From Bacillota bacterium (GTDB lineage: Bacteria > Bacillota > Clostridia > Saccharofermentanales > Fastidiosipilaceae), in contig JAEZWR010000036.1 in assembly GCA_023420115.1 (NCBI GenBank), positions 2,522 through 66,521 of the forward strand: a DNA stretch of 64,000 nucleotides. Direction: 5' to 3'. Under the pieces are notes generated by a model. It did no database searches. It saw nothing but the letters and a program-made list of their open reading frames with translations, and was not told where the DNA came from. Below are positions 9,033 to 17,631 of this stretch, piece after piece. Position numbers and translations under genes: made by a program. Within the stretch, counting starts at the first letter, position 1. Each line of letters begins with the position of its first letter.

Positions 9033-9950
9033 ATGGGTGATAGGCAGGATAATTTAAAAGATTTGATAACTGAGCAAAGTAATCCAGTGAGTAAGTCGAT
9101 TGATAAAGTATCTACCTTGGAAATGTTGAATATTATTCATAGTGAGGATAGGAAAGTTTACGATGCAGTTTCATCGATTCTTGAACTTCTGTCAAAAGTG
9201 ATTGATAAGATATATTTACGTATGAAAAAAGGTGGGAGACTTATTTATTTTGGAGCTGGAACATCAGGCCGCTTAGGGGTACTTGATGCGTCAGAATGTC
9301 CCCCAACTTTTGGTGTCAGTAGGGACTTAATTCAAGGGCGAATAGCTGGGGGATATAGAGCAATAACCGAGGCTGTTGAGGGAGCGGAAGATAGTTATGA
9401 CTTGCCACTAAAAGATTTTGAAGAACTTAATATAAATAAAAATGATACAGTATTGGGTATTGCTGCCAGTGGGAGGACACCGTATGTATATGGCGCTCTC
9501 AAAGAAGCGAGGCAACTTGGTGCTCTAACTATTTCATTAGTATCAGTTGAGAATAGTGTTCTTTCTAAGGTTTCAGATTACTGTCTGGAAGTAATTACAG
9601 GACCAGAAGTCATAACAGGATCTACAAGAATGAAGTGTGGCACTGCGCACAAAATGATATTAAATATGATTTCAACATCTTTAATGATCAAATCGGGAAA
9701 AACTGACGGAAATCTCATGGTTGACTTAGATATAAAGAATGAAAAATTAAGAGATAGAGCAGAAAGAATAATAGTTGCATGTACGGGGTGTAGTAGAAAA
9801 AGAGCTGGAGAATTGCTATCGCTATCTTATGATGATGTCAAACTTGCAATAGTTATGGAGCGATATAAGGTTATGTTAGATGAGGCTAGAACTCTACTAG
9901 ATGAGGCTGATGGTGTGTTATCTAATATCGATTTCATTAAAAGATATTGA
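9033..9950 (+). CDS. murQ: N-acetylmuramic acid 6-phosphate etherase
   Basis: 305 aa SIS-domain protein. GAGTSGRLGVLDASECPPTFGV and GSTRMKCGTA motifs are characteristic of MurQ. Confidence 0.92.
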   Translation: MGDRQDNLKDLITEQSNPVSKSIDKVSTLEMLNIIHSEDRKVYDAVSSILELLSKVIDKIYLRMKKGGRLIYFGAGTSGRLGVLDASECPPTFGVSRDLIQGRIAGGYRAITEAVEGAEDSYDLPLKDFEELNINKNDTVLGIAASGRTPYVYGALKEARQLGALTISLVSVENSVLSKVSDYCLEVITGPEVITGSTRMKCGTAHKMILNMISTSLMIKSGKTDGNLMVDLDIKNEKLRDRAERIIVACTGCSRKRAGELLSLSYDDVKLAIVMERYKVMLDEARTLLDEADGVLSNIDFIKRY

Positions 9951-9996
9951 AATATATGCTTATAAATGTTTTGGTTAGGAGTTTAAACGGTAAATT

Positions 9997-11358
9997 ATGT
10001 GTGAAGGTTTGTTAAGTGGTACAGATTGTATTGATAGGAATATGATTAAGACAAGAAGATTAAGATCTGCTATTTTGACTTCTACACATTCTAGAACGGT
10101 AGATCTTAAACCCGCACGTTTAGTATGGCAAGAAAAAACTGATTTGCAATTTATTCTCTCTGTAGAGCATGGAATTCGAGGTGTTGCTGCGGCCGGTGAG
10201 CATATAAATAATTCTTTTGATAGAGAAACTGGGTTAAAGGTGTATTCTCTTTATTCAGAAAATCCACATGTGTTAAGCTCAGAAATTAGAAATCTAGTTA
10301 GTTCAATAGACTGCATCATTTATGATTTACCTGACGTAGGCTCGCGTTATTACACTTATATATCTTCAGCTTTTTTATTATTAGAACTTTGTGCTGAACT
10401 TAAGAAAAAGTTTTTGATTGTGGATCATCCAAATCCTATTGGGGGATGTGTTTTTGAGGGATTTGGAATGGAAGATGATCAATTATCTTTTGTATCAGCG
10501 TATGATATTCCAGTTAGATATGGATTGACCTCGGGGGAGCTTTTTTCACTTTACTGTAGAGAGAAAAACTTGCTTGTGGACTTAGAAATAATAAAGATGA
10601 ATCATTGGAATAGAGATATTGTAATAGGTGATAAATTACCTTTTATGATTCCAAGTCCCAATCTTCCTAATATAGAGGCTTGTTTATTATATCCGGGTAC
10701 TTGTCTGTTTGAGGGGACGGAGTTTAGTGAGGGAAGAGGAACAGCTAGACCATTTACATCATTTTCAGCGCCATTTATTAACTGTGAACGTTTATTGCCT
10801 TATCTTGATGAATTAGATTTGAGTAATTTGGTTTTGGTTCCTACCTATTTTATTCCACAAAGTAGTAAATATAAGGGGCAATTATGTGAAGGTTTTTCTA
10901 TAGAAATAATTGGAAATGATAGAGCTAATAATAGTATGAGCAAATATAAGGCCTATGTTGAATTGAGGTCTTTGAATGAAATAATTAAATTATTTGAACG
11001 GTTAGTGGAAATATATCCGTTTGCTTTTGCTGAAGATGCAGAAATATCAAATCTGTCTAAGACTTGTATAAATGAAGATTATTTAAGAAATAGAGGATTT
11101 AATTATTCAGATCTTACAAGGGAGCCGCTTGATATTAATGAAGTTGTTAATATAAGTGATAGTAATTCACCAGATTCTACTCAAGCTATAAATCTAAGAT
11201 ATAGTAATTCTAGTAGTGTTAAAAGAAATAAGTTTTTAGCTAAACTTATAGGACAGAATTTGATTGATAATAAGTTCAATTATAGTTATTTTAAAGATAA
11301 AGAGGAGAGGTATATAACTAAGTATAAAGAAAGAATAAGCGATATTCTTATCTATTGA
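9997..11358 (+). CDS. DUF1343 family protein, exo-beta-N-acetylmuramidase (NamZ/YbbC)-like
   Basis: SVEHGIRG, YDLPDVGSRYYTYISS and IPSPNLPN fit my recollection of DUF1343. Start uncertain (alternative ATG at 10042). C-terminal ~120 aa is a low-complexity extension. Confidence 0.7.
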   Translation: MCEGLLSGTDCIDRNMIKTRRLRSAILTSTHSRTVDLKPARLVWQEKTDLQFILSVEHGIRGVAAAGEHINNSFDRETGLKVYSLYSENPHVLSSEIRNLVSSIDCIIYDLPDVGSRYYTYISSAFLLLELCAELKKKFLIVDHPNPIGGCVFEGFGMEDDQLSFVSAYDIPVRYGLTSGELFSLYCREKNLLVDLEIIKMNHWNRDIVIGDKLPFMIPSPNLPNIEACLLYPGTCLFEGTEFSEGRGTARPFTSFSAPFINCERLLPYLDELDLSNLVLVPTYFIPQSSKYKGQLCEGFSIEIIGNDRANNSMSKYKAYVELRSLNEIIKLFERLVEIYPFAFAEDAEISNLSKTCINEDYLRNRGFNYSDLTREPLDINEVVNISDSNSPDSTQAINLRYSNSSSVKRNKFLAKLIGQNLIDNKFNYSYFKDKEERYITKYKERISDILIY

Positions 11359-11403
11359 TTAAACTACTGGCAAATCATATAAAGTTTATTGCAAATAACT
11401 TCA

Positions 11404-11447
11404 AGCACTACCTGGGTTCATAAGCTGAACACGGCAGTGCTTTTTTG
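11404..11447 (+). terminator. intrinsic terminator after the NamZ-like gene
   Basis: Stem agcactacc/ggcagtgc (one mismatch) followed by tttttt. Confidence 0.55.
11428..11445 (+). repeat. copy of dispersed word AACACGGCAGTGCTTTTT
   Basis: Exact 18-mer. Its reverse complement occurs at 51247-51264. Confidence 0.8.
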
Positions 11448-11573
11448 CTATTGGAAGATACAATATAAGAACCTAGATAGAACTTGAACTTTTGGGAATA
11501 ACTTAGTAAATTAGGGCGAAATATTATATGTGTTCTGATTAATTTAAATGAAGAAACATGAAGAGGTAACTCT

Positions 11574-14093
11574 ATGGAAAATAATTATGCATACCTTAAT
11601 TCTGGCCTACCTATTGAAAAAAGAATAGATGATTTAATAGAAAAGATGACTTTGGCAGAGAAACTTGCACAGTTGGGGTCGGTATATGCCTTTGCTGGAC
11701 AATTTAATGAAAGTGAACTTGCTCAAGGAATTGGGCATTTTGCGATGAGTAGTGGTAGTACTTCTGTTCTTGAAAATATGAAAATTATAAGAAAAGTTCA
11801 GAAATATCTTCTCAGTGAAACAAGACTTCAGATTCCAGCTCTAATTCATGTAGAAACACTGAATGGTATTGCGCTTCATTCATCGACAGTTTATCCCGTT
11901 CCATTGGCCCTTGCAGCAAGTTTCGATGTCGAAGCTGTAAGAAAGATGGCAACGAAGATAGCAGAAGAAATGGACTTGCTCGGAATACATATGGCTCTTG
12001 CGCCAGTGTTAGATATCTCAAGAGATCCTAGATGGGGAAGAATGAGTGAAACATATGGAGAATCGCTTAATTTAGTCAGTAGTATGGGAGCTGCCTATAT
12101 ATCTGGATTTCAGGGGACAAAAGCATTTCCATGTCCTAAGCATTTTATAGCATATGCGATGGGAGAGGGCGGATTAAATATGTCTCATATACATATTGGC
12201 AATCGTGAGCTTAGGGAAACATATGCAACGCCTTTTGAATTTGCAATCAAAGAAGAAAATCTAAAGGCCGTTATGAATGCCTATTCTGCAATCGATGGAG
12301 AACCGATATTAGCTGTCAATCATTATCTTAAAAATTTATTGCGTGATGAATTGGGATTCAAAGGAATAACTGTATCTGACTACGCATCTATCGACATGCT
12401 TCAGAATATTTATCATTTAGCATCAAGTCCCGCCGAGGCTGGCAAAATTGCGTTGGAATCTGGCATGGATTCTGAACTACCCCAAACATATTGCTATGGT
12501 GATGAGCTACTTAGAATGTTTGAAGAGCAGGAGCTAGATATAGATTTAATTGAAGCTCCACTTAGGAGAATTCTTAAATTGAAATTTGAGCTGGGGCTTT
12601 TTGATGAAAAATTTAGAGATAATATCCTTGCTGGAGGCGAGGACTTTGTTTGTGAACAAGATGAAATCAATGATAAAAATGCGATAAATATCTTTAGACT
12701 TCAGGATAAGGAGTCACTTCAATTATCTTATGAACTTGCTTCAGAGAGCTTCGTACTTCTTAAGAATGACTCATGTCTTCCAATTGATACTAGTAAAAAA
12801 GAAAATATTCTAGACAGTGAAAATAAGCCTATCAAAATTGCAATAATTGGTGAGCATTTCCAAAATTTGAGAGTTTTATTTGGCTCATATACTTACCCAT
12901 CATTTTATGATGGTATGAAGGAAATTTTTGATGATATAGAGGCAAATATAATTCAAGAGGGAATGAATGTAAGCTTAGAAGCAAAAAGGGCTTTGCGTTC
13001 ATCGCTTAGCAAACTAGATTGCTGTGAAGATATGATAAGAAATTCATATATTGGAATTGAGACAGTGGAAGAGAGTCTGCAAAGATATATTTTAGAGAAA
13101 AATTTAAATGTAGAATTGAAATACACAAAAGGGATTAAGATCAATGGAGAAGTAGATGAGGATTTGAATGAAGTTATTGAACTATCAAATTGGGCAGATT
13201 ATACCATTTTACTTTTTGGTGGCTTGAGTGGCTCGTGTAAGAATGCAAGCATGGGAGAAAATCTTGATAGTACTAGTATTTCTCCATCTCAATTAATTGA
13301 GAAATTTTGTGTAAGTTTAGCTGATAATAGCAAGAAATTTATTGTTATTCATATGGATGGGAGGCCTCTCAGTTCAGAGATAATATTGGAAAAAGCTTCC
13401 GCAGTCTTGGAAGTATGGCACCCTGGACAATGTGGTAGCAGAGCCATTGTAGAAATGCTTTTTGGTGACTTAAGTCCATCTGGTAGCTTGCCCGTGAGTC
13501 TTTTGCGTAATAGTGGGCAGATACCTCTCTATCATGAGCAGTACTGGGGTAGTGGGGCAAGGGGTCGCTCATCGGTCAAAGATATGGTACGTGATTATGT
13601 TGATAGTAGTAGTTTGCCATTAAGACACTTTGGTTATGGGCTTTCGTATGGTGAGTTTGAATATAGTAATTTTTATTGTGATAGTGAAATTGTTTCTAGT
13701 GATAAATATTTTGAAATTTCCTTTGATATAACAAATAAGTCTAGATTTAAATGTGCCACCGTTTCTCAGATCTATTATAGGGATACCGTTGCTAGTCTTG
13801 CTAGAGTTCAGGAGAGTTTGCTTGCCTTTGGTAGACATGAGCTTTTGCCAAATGAGACTAAACATATAAGGATGTTCATTCCCCTAGACCTTTTAGCTTT
13901 TATCGATAGAGATGGTAGGTGGATCATTGAAGCTGGTGACTTTGAATTTTATTTATCAGAATCGGCAGATTTGAGAAATATAGATAACAATATTCAAAAA
14001 GCAAGACTTAAATTATGTGAAGATAGAATACTTCCAAAGGGCCGAACAAATTTTAAATTAAGGGTAATAGAAGAAAAAATAACCAACTATTGA
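11574..14093 (+). CDS. glycoside hydrolase family 3 protein (BglX-like, N- and C-terminal domains plus Fn3-like tail)
   Basis: 839 aa. DPRWGR, KHFIAYA and GFKGITVSDY (nucleophile Asp) motifs. No signal peptide. Confidence 0.85.
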   Translation: MENNYAYLNSGLPIEKRIDDLIEKMTLAEKLAQLGSVYAFAGQFNESELAQGIGHFAMSSGSTSVLENMKIIRKVQKYLLSETRLQIPALIHVETLNGIALHSSTVYPVPLALAASFDVEAVRKMATKIAEEMDLLGIHMALAPVLDISRDPRWGRMSETYGESLNLVSSMGAAYISGFQGTKAFPCPKHFIAYAMGEGGLNMSHIHIGNRELRETYATPFEFAIKEENLKAVMNAYSAIDGEPILAVNHYLKNLLRDELGFKGITVSDYASIDMLQNIYHLASSPAEAGKIALESGMDSELPQTYCYGDELLRMFEEQELDIDLIEAPLRRILKLKFELGLFDEKFRDNILAGGEDFVCEQDEINDKNAINIFRLQDKESLQLSYELASESFVLLKNDSCLPIDTSKKENILDSENKPIKIAIIGEHFQNLRVLFGSYTYPSFYDGMKEIFDDIEANIIQEGMNVSLEAKRALRSSLSKLDCCEDMIRNSYIGIETVEESLQRYILEKNLNVELKYTKGIKINGEVDEDLNEVIELSNWADYTILLFGGLSGSCKNASMGENLDSTSISPSQLIEKFCVSLADNSKKFIVIHMDGRPLSSEIILEKASAVLEVWHPGQCGSRAIVEMLFGDLSPSGSLPVSLLRNSGQIPLYHEQYWGSGARGRSSVKDMVRDYVDSSSLPLRHFGYGLSYGEFEYSNFYCDSEIVSSDKYFEISFDITNKSRFKCATVSQIYYRDTVASLARVQESLLAFGRHELLPNETKHIRMFIPLDLLAFIDRDGRWIIEAGDFEFYLSESADLRNIDNNIQKARLKLCEDRILPKGRTNFKLRVIEEKITNY

Positions 14094-14250
14094 TTGGCGT
14101 AGCTTTTCTATTTTATCAGTTTTTTTAGTATATTACTTCTAAGTGTTGAAAATATTCTCTTTTGCACAAGTAGAACAAAAATAAGCGGAGTTTTACTGTA
14201 TAAAAATCAGTTAACATACAGTTAATATAATGGTAATATTTTTTTGTTCT

Positions 14251-14288
14251 TGCGATATGTTTGTATACATATTGCATCGGCTTTTTTG
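14251..14288 (+). promoter_or_regulatory. hairpin plus T-run in the leader of the purine permease gene (possible attenuator)
   Basis: tgcgatatg/catattgca stem (one G-U pair), then tcggctttttt, 25 nt upstream of the ATG at 14312. Confidence 0.3.
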
Positions 14289-14311
14289 TTCTTACTTTAA
14301 TAGGAGGATAT

Positions 14312-15664
14312 ATGAGTAAGGAGAATTTTTTAGAGCGTAGTTTCAAACTCAAAACAAATGGAACTAGCGTTCGTACGGAAGTGATGGCTGGTCTTACGAC
14401 CTTTATGACGATGGCCTATATCTTAGCTGTTAATCCGCTGGTCTTGAGTGCTACAGGAATGGATCAAAAGGCTCTATTTACTGCCACTGCGTTATCGGCA
14501 GTAGTTGGTACTCTTATGATGGCTTTCTTGGCTAAGTACCCTTTTGCACTTGCTCCAGGTATGGGACTTAATGCATTTTTTGCGTATACTGTTGTTCTCG
14601 GTATGGGTCACAGTTGGCAATTTGCCTTGACTGCGGTATTTATTGAAGGTCTTATTTTTATCGCCTTGAGTGCATTTAAGGTTCGCGAGATGATCTTCGA
14701 TTCGATTCCACTAAGTTTAAAAAAGGCTGTATCTGTTGGTATTGGTCTTTTTATTGCTCTTATCGGAGCTATTAATGGTGGTATTGTTACTTCAGGAAAG
14801 ATCGGTGTAGAGGGCGGAAAAAATTTCTTGTTAGAAGATGGTCTTGTAATTAAACTTGCAGATCTTAATTCTGGTCCAGCCCTTGTCACAATTATTGGTC
14901 TTATTATCACGGCAGTGCTTTTGATTTATAAAGTTAAGGGTGCTCTCCTTATCGGTATTGTCGTTTCTACTATAGTTGCTATACCAATGGGCGTAACTAG
15001 ACTTCCCGAGGCTGGTATAGTATCTTTACCACCAAGTCTTGCACCTATTGCTTTTAAATTTGAATTTGCTTCAATTTTTACCTTTGATATGTTGATCGTT
15101 GTTCTTTCATTCCTTTTTGTTGATATTTTTGACACGATAGGAACTCTTGTTGGGGTTGCAAGCAAGACTAAAATGTTAGATGAGAATGGCAAATTGCCAA
15201 GAATATCCCAGGCTCTTATGTCAGATGCTGTTGCTACTGTGACTGGATCATGTTTGGGAACCTCAACTGTTACTACTTTTGTAGAATCTTCTGCAGGTGT
15301 TGCTGAGGGTGGAAGAACTGGTCTTACATCGCTGACAACTTCTGTATTCTTTGCACTTTCATTGTTCTTTGCACCTTTATTCGGGATTGTACCAAGTTCG
15401 GCAACTGCACCAGCGTTAATTCTAGTTGGTCTTTTCATGATGAGTCCAATTAAGGAGATTGATTTCTCCGATTACACTGAGGCTGTTCCAGCATTTTTGA
15501 CTATTGTTATGATGCCCTTTGCTTATAGTATTGCTGACGGTATTACCTTTGGAATGATGAGTTATGTTCTTCTTAAGGTTTTATCTGGCAAGGCAAAGAC
15601 CGTTTCAGTTACAATGTATATTCTATTTGTTCTTTTCCTTTGTAAGTTTATTTTCTTAAGCTAA
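14312..15664 (+). CDS. NCS2 family nucleobase permease (AzgA/PbuG-type adenine/guanine/hypoxanthine permease)
   Basis: SVRTEVMAGLTTFMTMAYILAVNP signature and multi-TM body. GGAGG RBS before the ATG at 14312. The ORF-track start at 14261 is rejected. Confidence 0.9.
   Translation: MSKENFLERSFKLKTNGTSVRTEVMAGLTTFMTMAYILAVNPLVLSATGMDQKALFTATALSAVVGTLMMAFLAKYPFALAPGMGLNAFFAYTVVLGMGHSWQFALTAVFIEGLIFIALSAFKVREMIFDSIPLSLKKAVSVGIGLFIALIGAINGGIVTSGKIGVEGGKNFLLEDGLVIKLADLNSGPALVTIIGLIITAVLLIYKVKGALLIGIVVSTIVAIPMGVTRLPEAGIVSLPPSLAPIAFKFEFASIFTFDMLIVVLSFLFVDIFDTIGTLVGVASKTKMLDENGKLPRISQALMSDAVATVTGSCLGTSTVTTFVESSAGVAEGGRTGLTSLTTSVFFALSLFFAPLFGIVPSSATAPALILVGLFMMSPIKEIDFSDYTEAVPAFLTIVMMPFAYSIADGITFGMMSYVLLKVLSGKAKTVSVTMYILFVLFLCKFIFLS
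14908..14922 (+). repeat. copy of CACGGCAGTGCTTTT inside the NCS2 permease coding sequence
   Basis: Exact 15-nt match to 11430-11444. Confidence 0.8.
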
Positions 15665-15715
15665 TGGAAAAGTGTAATAAGAAAATATTTGAATAAAGAT
15701 TACGGTTTAAATAAT

Positions 15716-15756
15716 AAGAACCCCCTTTACTGATATGGTCAGTAAAGGGGGTTCTT
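15716..15756. terminator. bidirectional terminator hairpin
   Basis: aagaaccccctttactg / cagtaaagggggttctt long stem between convergent genes. Confidence 0.75.
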
Positions 15757-15794
15757 ATATCAAAAATAATATTATGAAATAATATTATTGAAGC

Positions 15795-16331
15795 TTAGTT
15801 GAAGCTTTTTCCCCAGCCGTTAAGGAAGCACCTATCCTCAAAAGCTTTCTTTTTTGGGGAAACAATCTCACGCGAGGGATATCCCAAGGGAAAATATCCA
15901 TAGATAATAAAGTCATCTGGTACATTGAGAAGTTTAGCCATTTTAGTTGCGATCTCTCCTTCGATCTGCCCTTGTATCCAAACGGAGGCAAGACCATAAT
16001 TAACCGCAGCTAATAAGATATGTTCAGCTGTAGCTCCAAAGTCTTCTAGAACTCTTGTCCCACCATTATTGGTCTTAAATTTTTCAGGACTACTAGCTAT
16101 TAAGACTGCAGCCTTTGCTGTCTTTGCCCATTCCTTGCCATATAGATCTGCTAATTCATTAAGTATAGTTTCATCATTTACTGCGATGAGGTGAGAACTT
16201 TGCATGTTACAGGCACTTGGGGCGTGGTATGCCATTAGTAGTATTTCCTTAAGTGTTTCTTCGGGGATTTCTCTGTCAAGAAAAGGGTGACGATAACTAC
16301 GTCTATTTAAAATGCATTCTTTTAAATCCAT
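15795..16331 (-). CDS. nitroreductase family protein
   Basis: RRSYRHPF ... APSACNMQS motifs. AAGGAG RBS fits the third codon (MDLKE) as the start. Confidence 0.85.
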   Translation of the reverse strand: MDLKECILNRRSYRHPFLDREIPEETLKEILLMAYHAPSACNMQSSHLIAVNDETILNELADLYGKEWAKTAKAAVLIASSPEKFKTNNGGTRVLEDFGATAEHILLAAVNYGLASVWIQGQIEGEIATKMAKLLNVPDDFIIYGYFPLGYPSREIVSPKKKAFEDRCFLNGWGKSFN

Positions 16332-16343
16332 AAACATACTCCT

Positions 16344-16366
16344 TTCATGATTAGTTTAATCATGAA
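16344..16366. promoter_or_regulatory. perfect 10-bp inverted repeat TTCATGATTA-gtt-TAATCATGAA abutting the nitroreductase RBS
   Basis: Checked base by base. On the - strand mRNA the 3-prime arm overlaps the first bases of the AAGGAG Shine-Dalgarno. Confidence 0.35.
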
Positions 16367-16592
16367 ATTGACTATTTTCAATAGAAAGACAGATATATAT
16401 TTGTAATCAATAGGGAATGGAAAAAATATTCTGGAACTTAGTTGTGAATGTTTGAAAATTGAGAAGAAGTGAAATTTGAAAAATATTAATATGCTTATTT
16501 ATAAATAATGGGAAGATGTTTATCATTACAGATGTTTGGAAATAGCTTAATAAATAGTTTATAACAAGTTAGGGATATTCAAAGGTTGTTTT

Positions 16593-17540
16593 ATGTGGGT
16601 AGAAATTGATAAAGATGAACGAGATAAATTATTTTCTAAAATGAATAGAAGCTCTGCGGTCTTATTTAGTCCTTTGGGACATGCTAAGGTTAGCAATGAA
16701 CTTTTGCATATTCTTAATATGCCAAGAGAGCAGATTTTGCTAGAACTAACTTCTTCTGTCGATGAAATAGTTGAAAATTCACTTTATTGGGATCTTATTT
16801 ATTCATATTTAAGATCTGAGATAGAAGTAGGTGATAAATTTAGAAGACTGACGGTACCAGTAGAAAAGGATAATCTGATTCAACAAGTTATGGGTTTAAA
16901 ATGTTTATTTTCTAGTGTTAAGCCATATTTTGAAGATGATGAGTTAATATTTTTCAGTGTTGCGGATTCCTTGCCAGAGCTTGGCATAGTATCGCGGAGA
17001 GCTTTTTTAGATTCTACCATTGATCCTATCCATGATAAATTACTAGAGCTGTATCTTACTTATGTAAATAGTTCGATACACGCTTCTTCAGCCAATTGTA
17101 GTGCGAGAGACTTATCTAATGAAATATCTGTGCCGAGAGATGAAAGGTCACTTGATTTACTAAGAAAAATTGACAGCTACGCTGCTTTGAATAATAAAAT
17201 GATGAACTCTAATCTTAAGGAGCTAGAAAAGTTAGAAGATAATATAAAGTATAGATATTATTTGTATAAAGATGAAATTGTTCAAAATGCGGAGACAGAT
17301 AGTTTGAAGATAAATGGGAATAAGATAAAAATAAATGAGGCTTTTTCCAAATATAGACTTATGCTAATGCATGAAATGTATATTGGTGAAAAGTTCTTTT
17401 TAGATAATTTTAAATTTAATGCTCCTTTGTTTGAGAATCTTGCACTTTTAGTTGTTTTTAAAAATGTTGGGGATGAGCGGCAAAATCATATGAATTGGCA
17501 GGAGATTCCCGCGGAGTTTTATATTTTAAATTGTATTTGA
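16593..17540 (+). CDS. hypothetical protein, no recognisable domain
   Basis: 315-aa ORF with normal coding composition. No motif that I recognise. Confidence 0.5.
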   Translation: MWVEIDKDERDKLFSKMNRSSAVLFSPLGHAKVSNELLHILNMPREQILLELTSSVDEIVENSLYWDLIYSYLRSEIEVGDKFRRLTVPVEKDNLIQQVMGLKCLFSSVKPYFEDDELIFFSVADSLPELGIVSRRAFLDSTIDPIHDKLLELYLTYVNSSIHASSANCSARDLSNEISVPRDERSLDLLRKIDSYAALNNKMMNSNLKELEKLEDNIKYRYYLYKDEIVQNAETDSLKINGNKIKINEAFSKYRLMLMHEMYIGEKFFLDNFKFNAPLFENLALLVVFKNVGDERQNHMNWQEIPAEFYILNCI

Positions 17541-17554
17541 TAAGCATATCTTTT

Positions 17555-17570
17555 TTGGCGGAAGCTTTTT
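17555..17570 (+). repeat. 16-mer TTGGCGGAAGCTTTTT, copy 1
   Basis: Starts 15 nt after the stop of the 315-aa hypothetical gene. Identical to 60549-60564. Confidence 0.7.
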
Positions 17571-17631
17571 ATTTATTTGCTGATGAGTAGAAGATTGATT
17601 ATTAACTGGAATTATTTGGGGGAAACTAAAT

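Noticed and set aside
14261-14311. ORF-track N-terminal extension of the NCS2 permease (start at 14261)
   Set aside because: The extension crosses a hairpin/T-run leader. A GGAGG RBS sits in front of the ATG at 14312, where the conserved permease N-terminus begins.
14094-14311. Purine (guanine/adenine) riboswitch upstream of the nucleobase permease
   Set aside because: The conserved junction and loop sequences of the purine aptamer are absent. Kept only as an unexplained structured leader.
14608-15438. Antisense ORFs of 100 and 170 aa inside the permease gene. Comparable antisense ORFs occur at 536-865, 1747-1980, 23011-23319, 36007-36402, 40776-41126, 43937-44266, 51914-52255, 55611-55913, 56430-57074 and 60848-61153
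   Set aside because: Each is fully overlapped by a strongly supported gene on the other strand. They have odd composition, no RBS and no recognisable motifs, so they are typical shadow ORFs.
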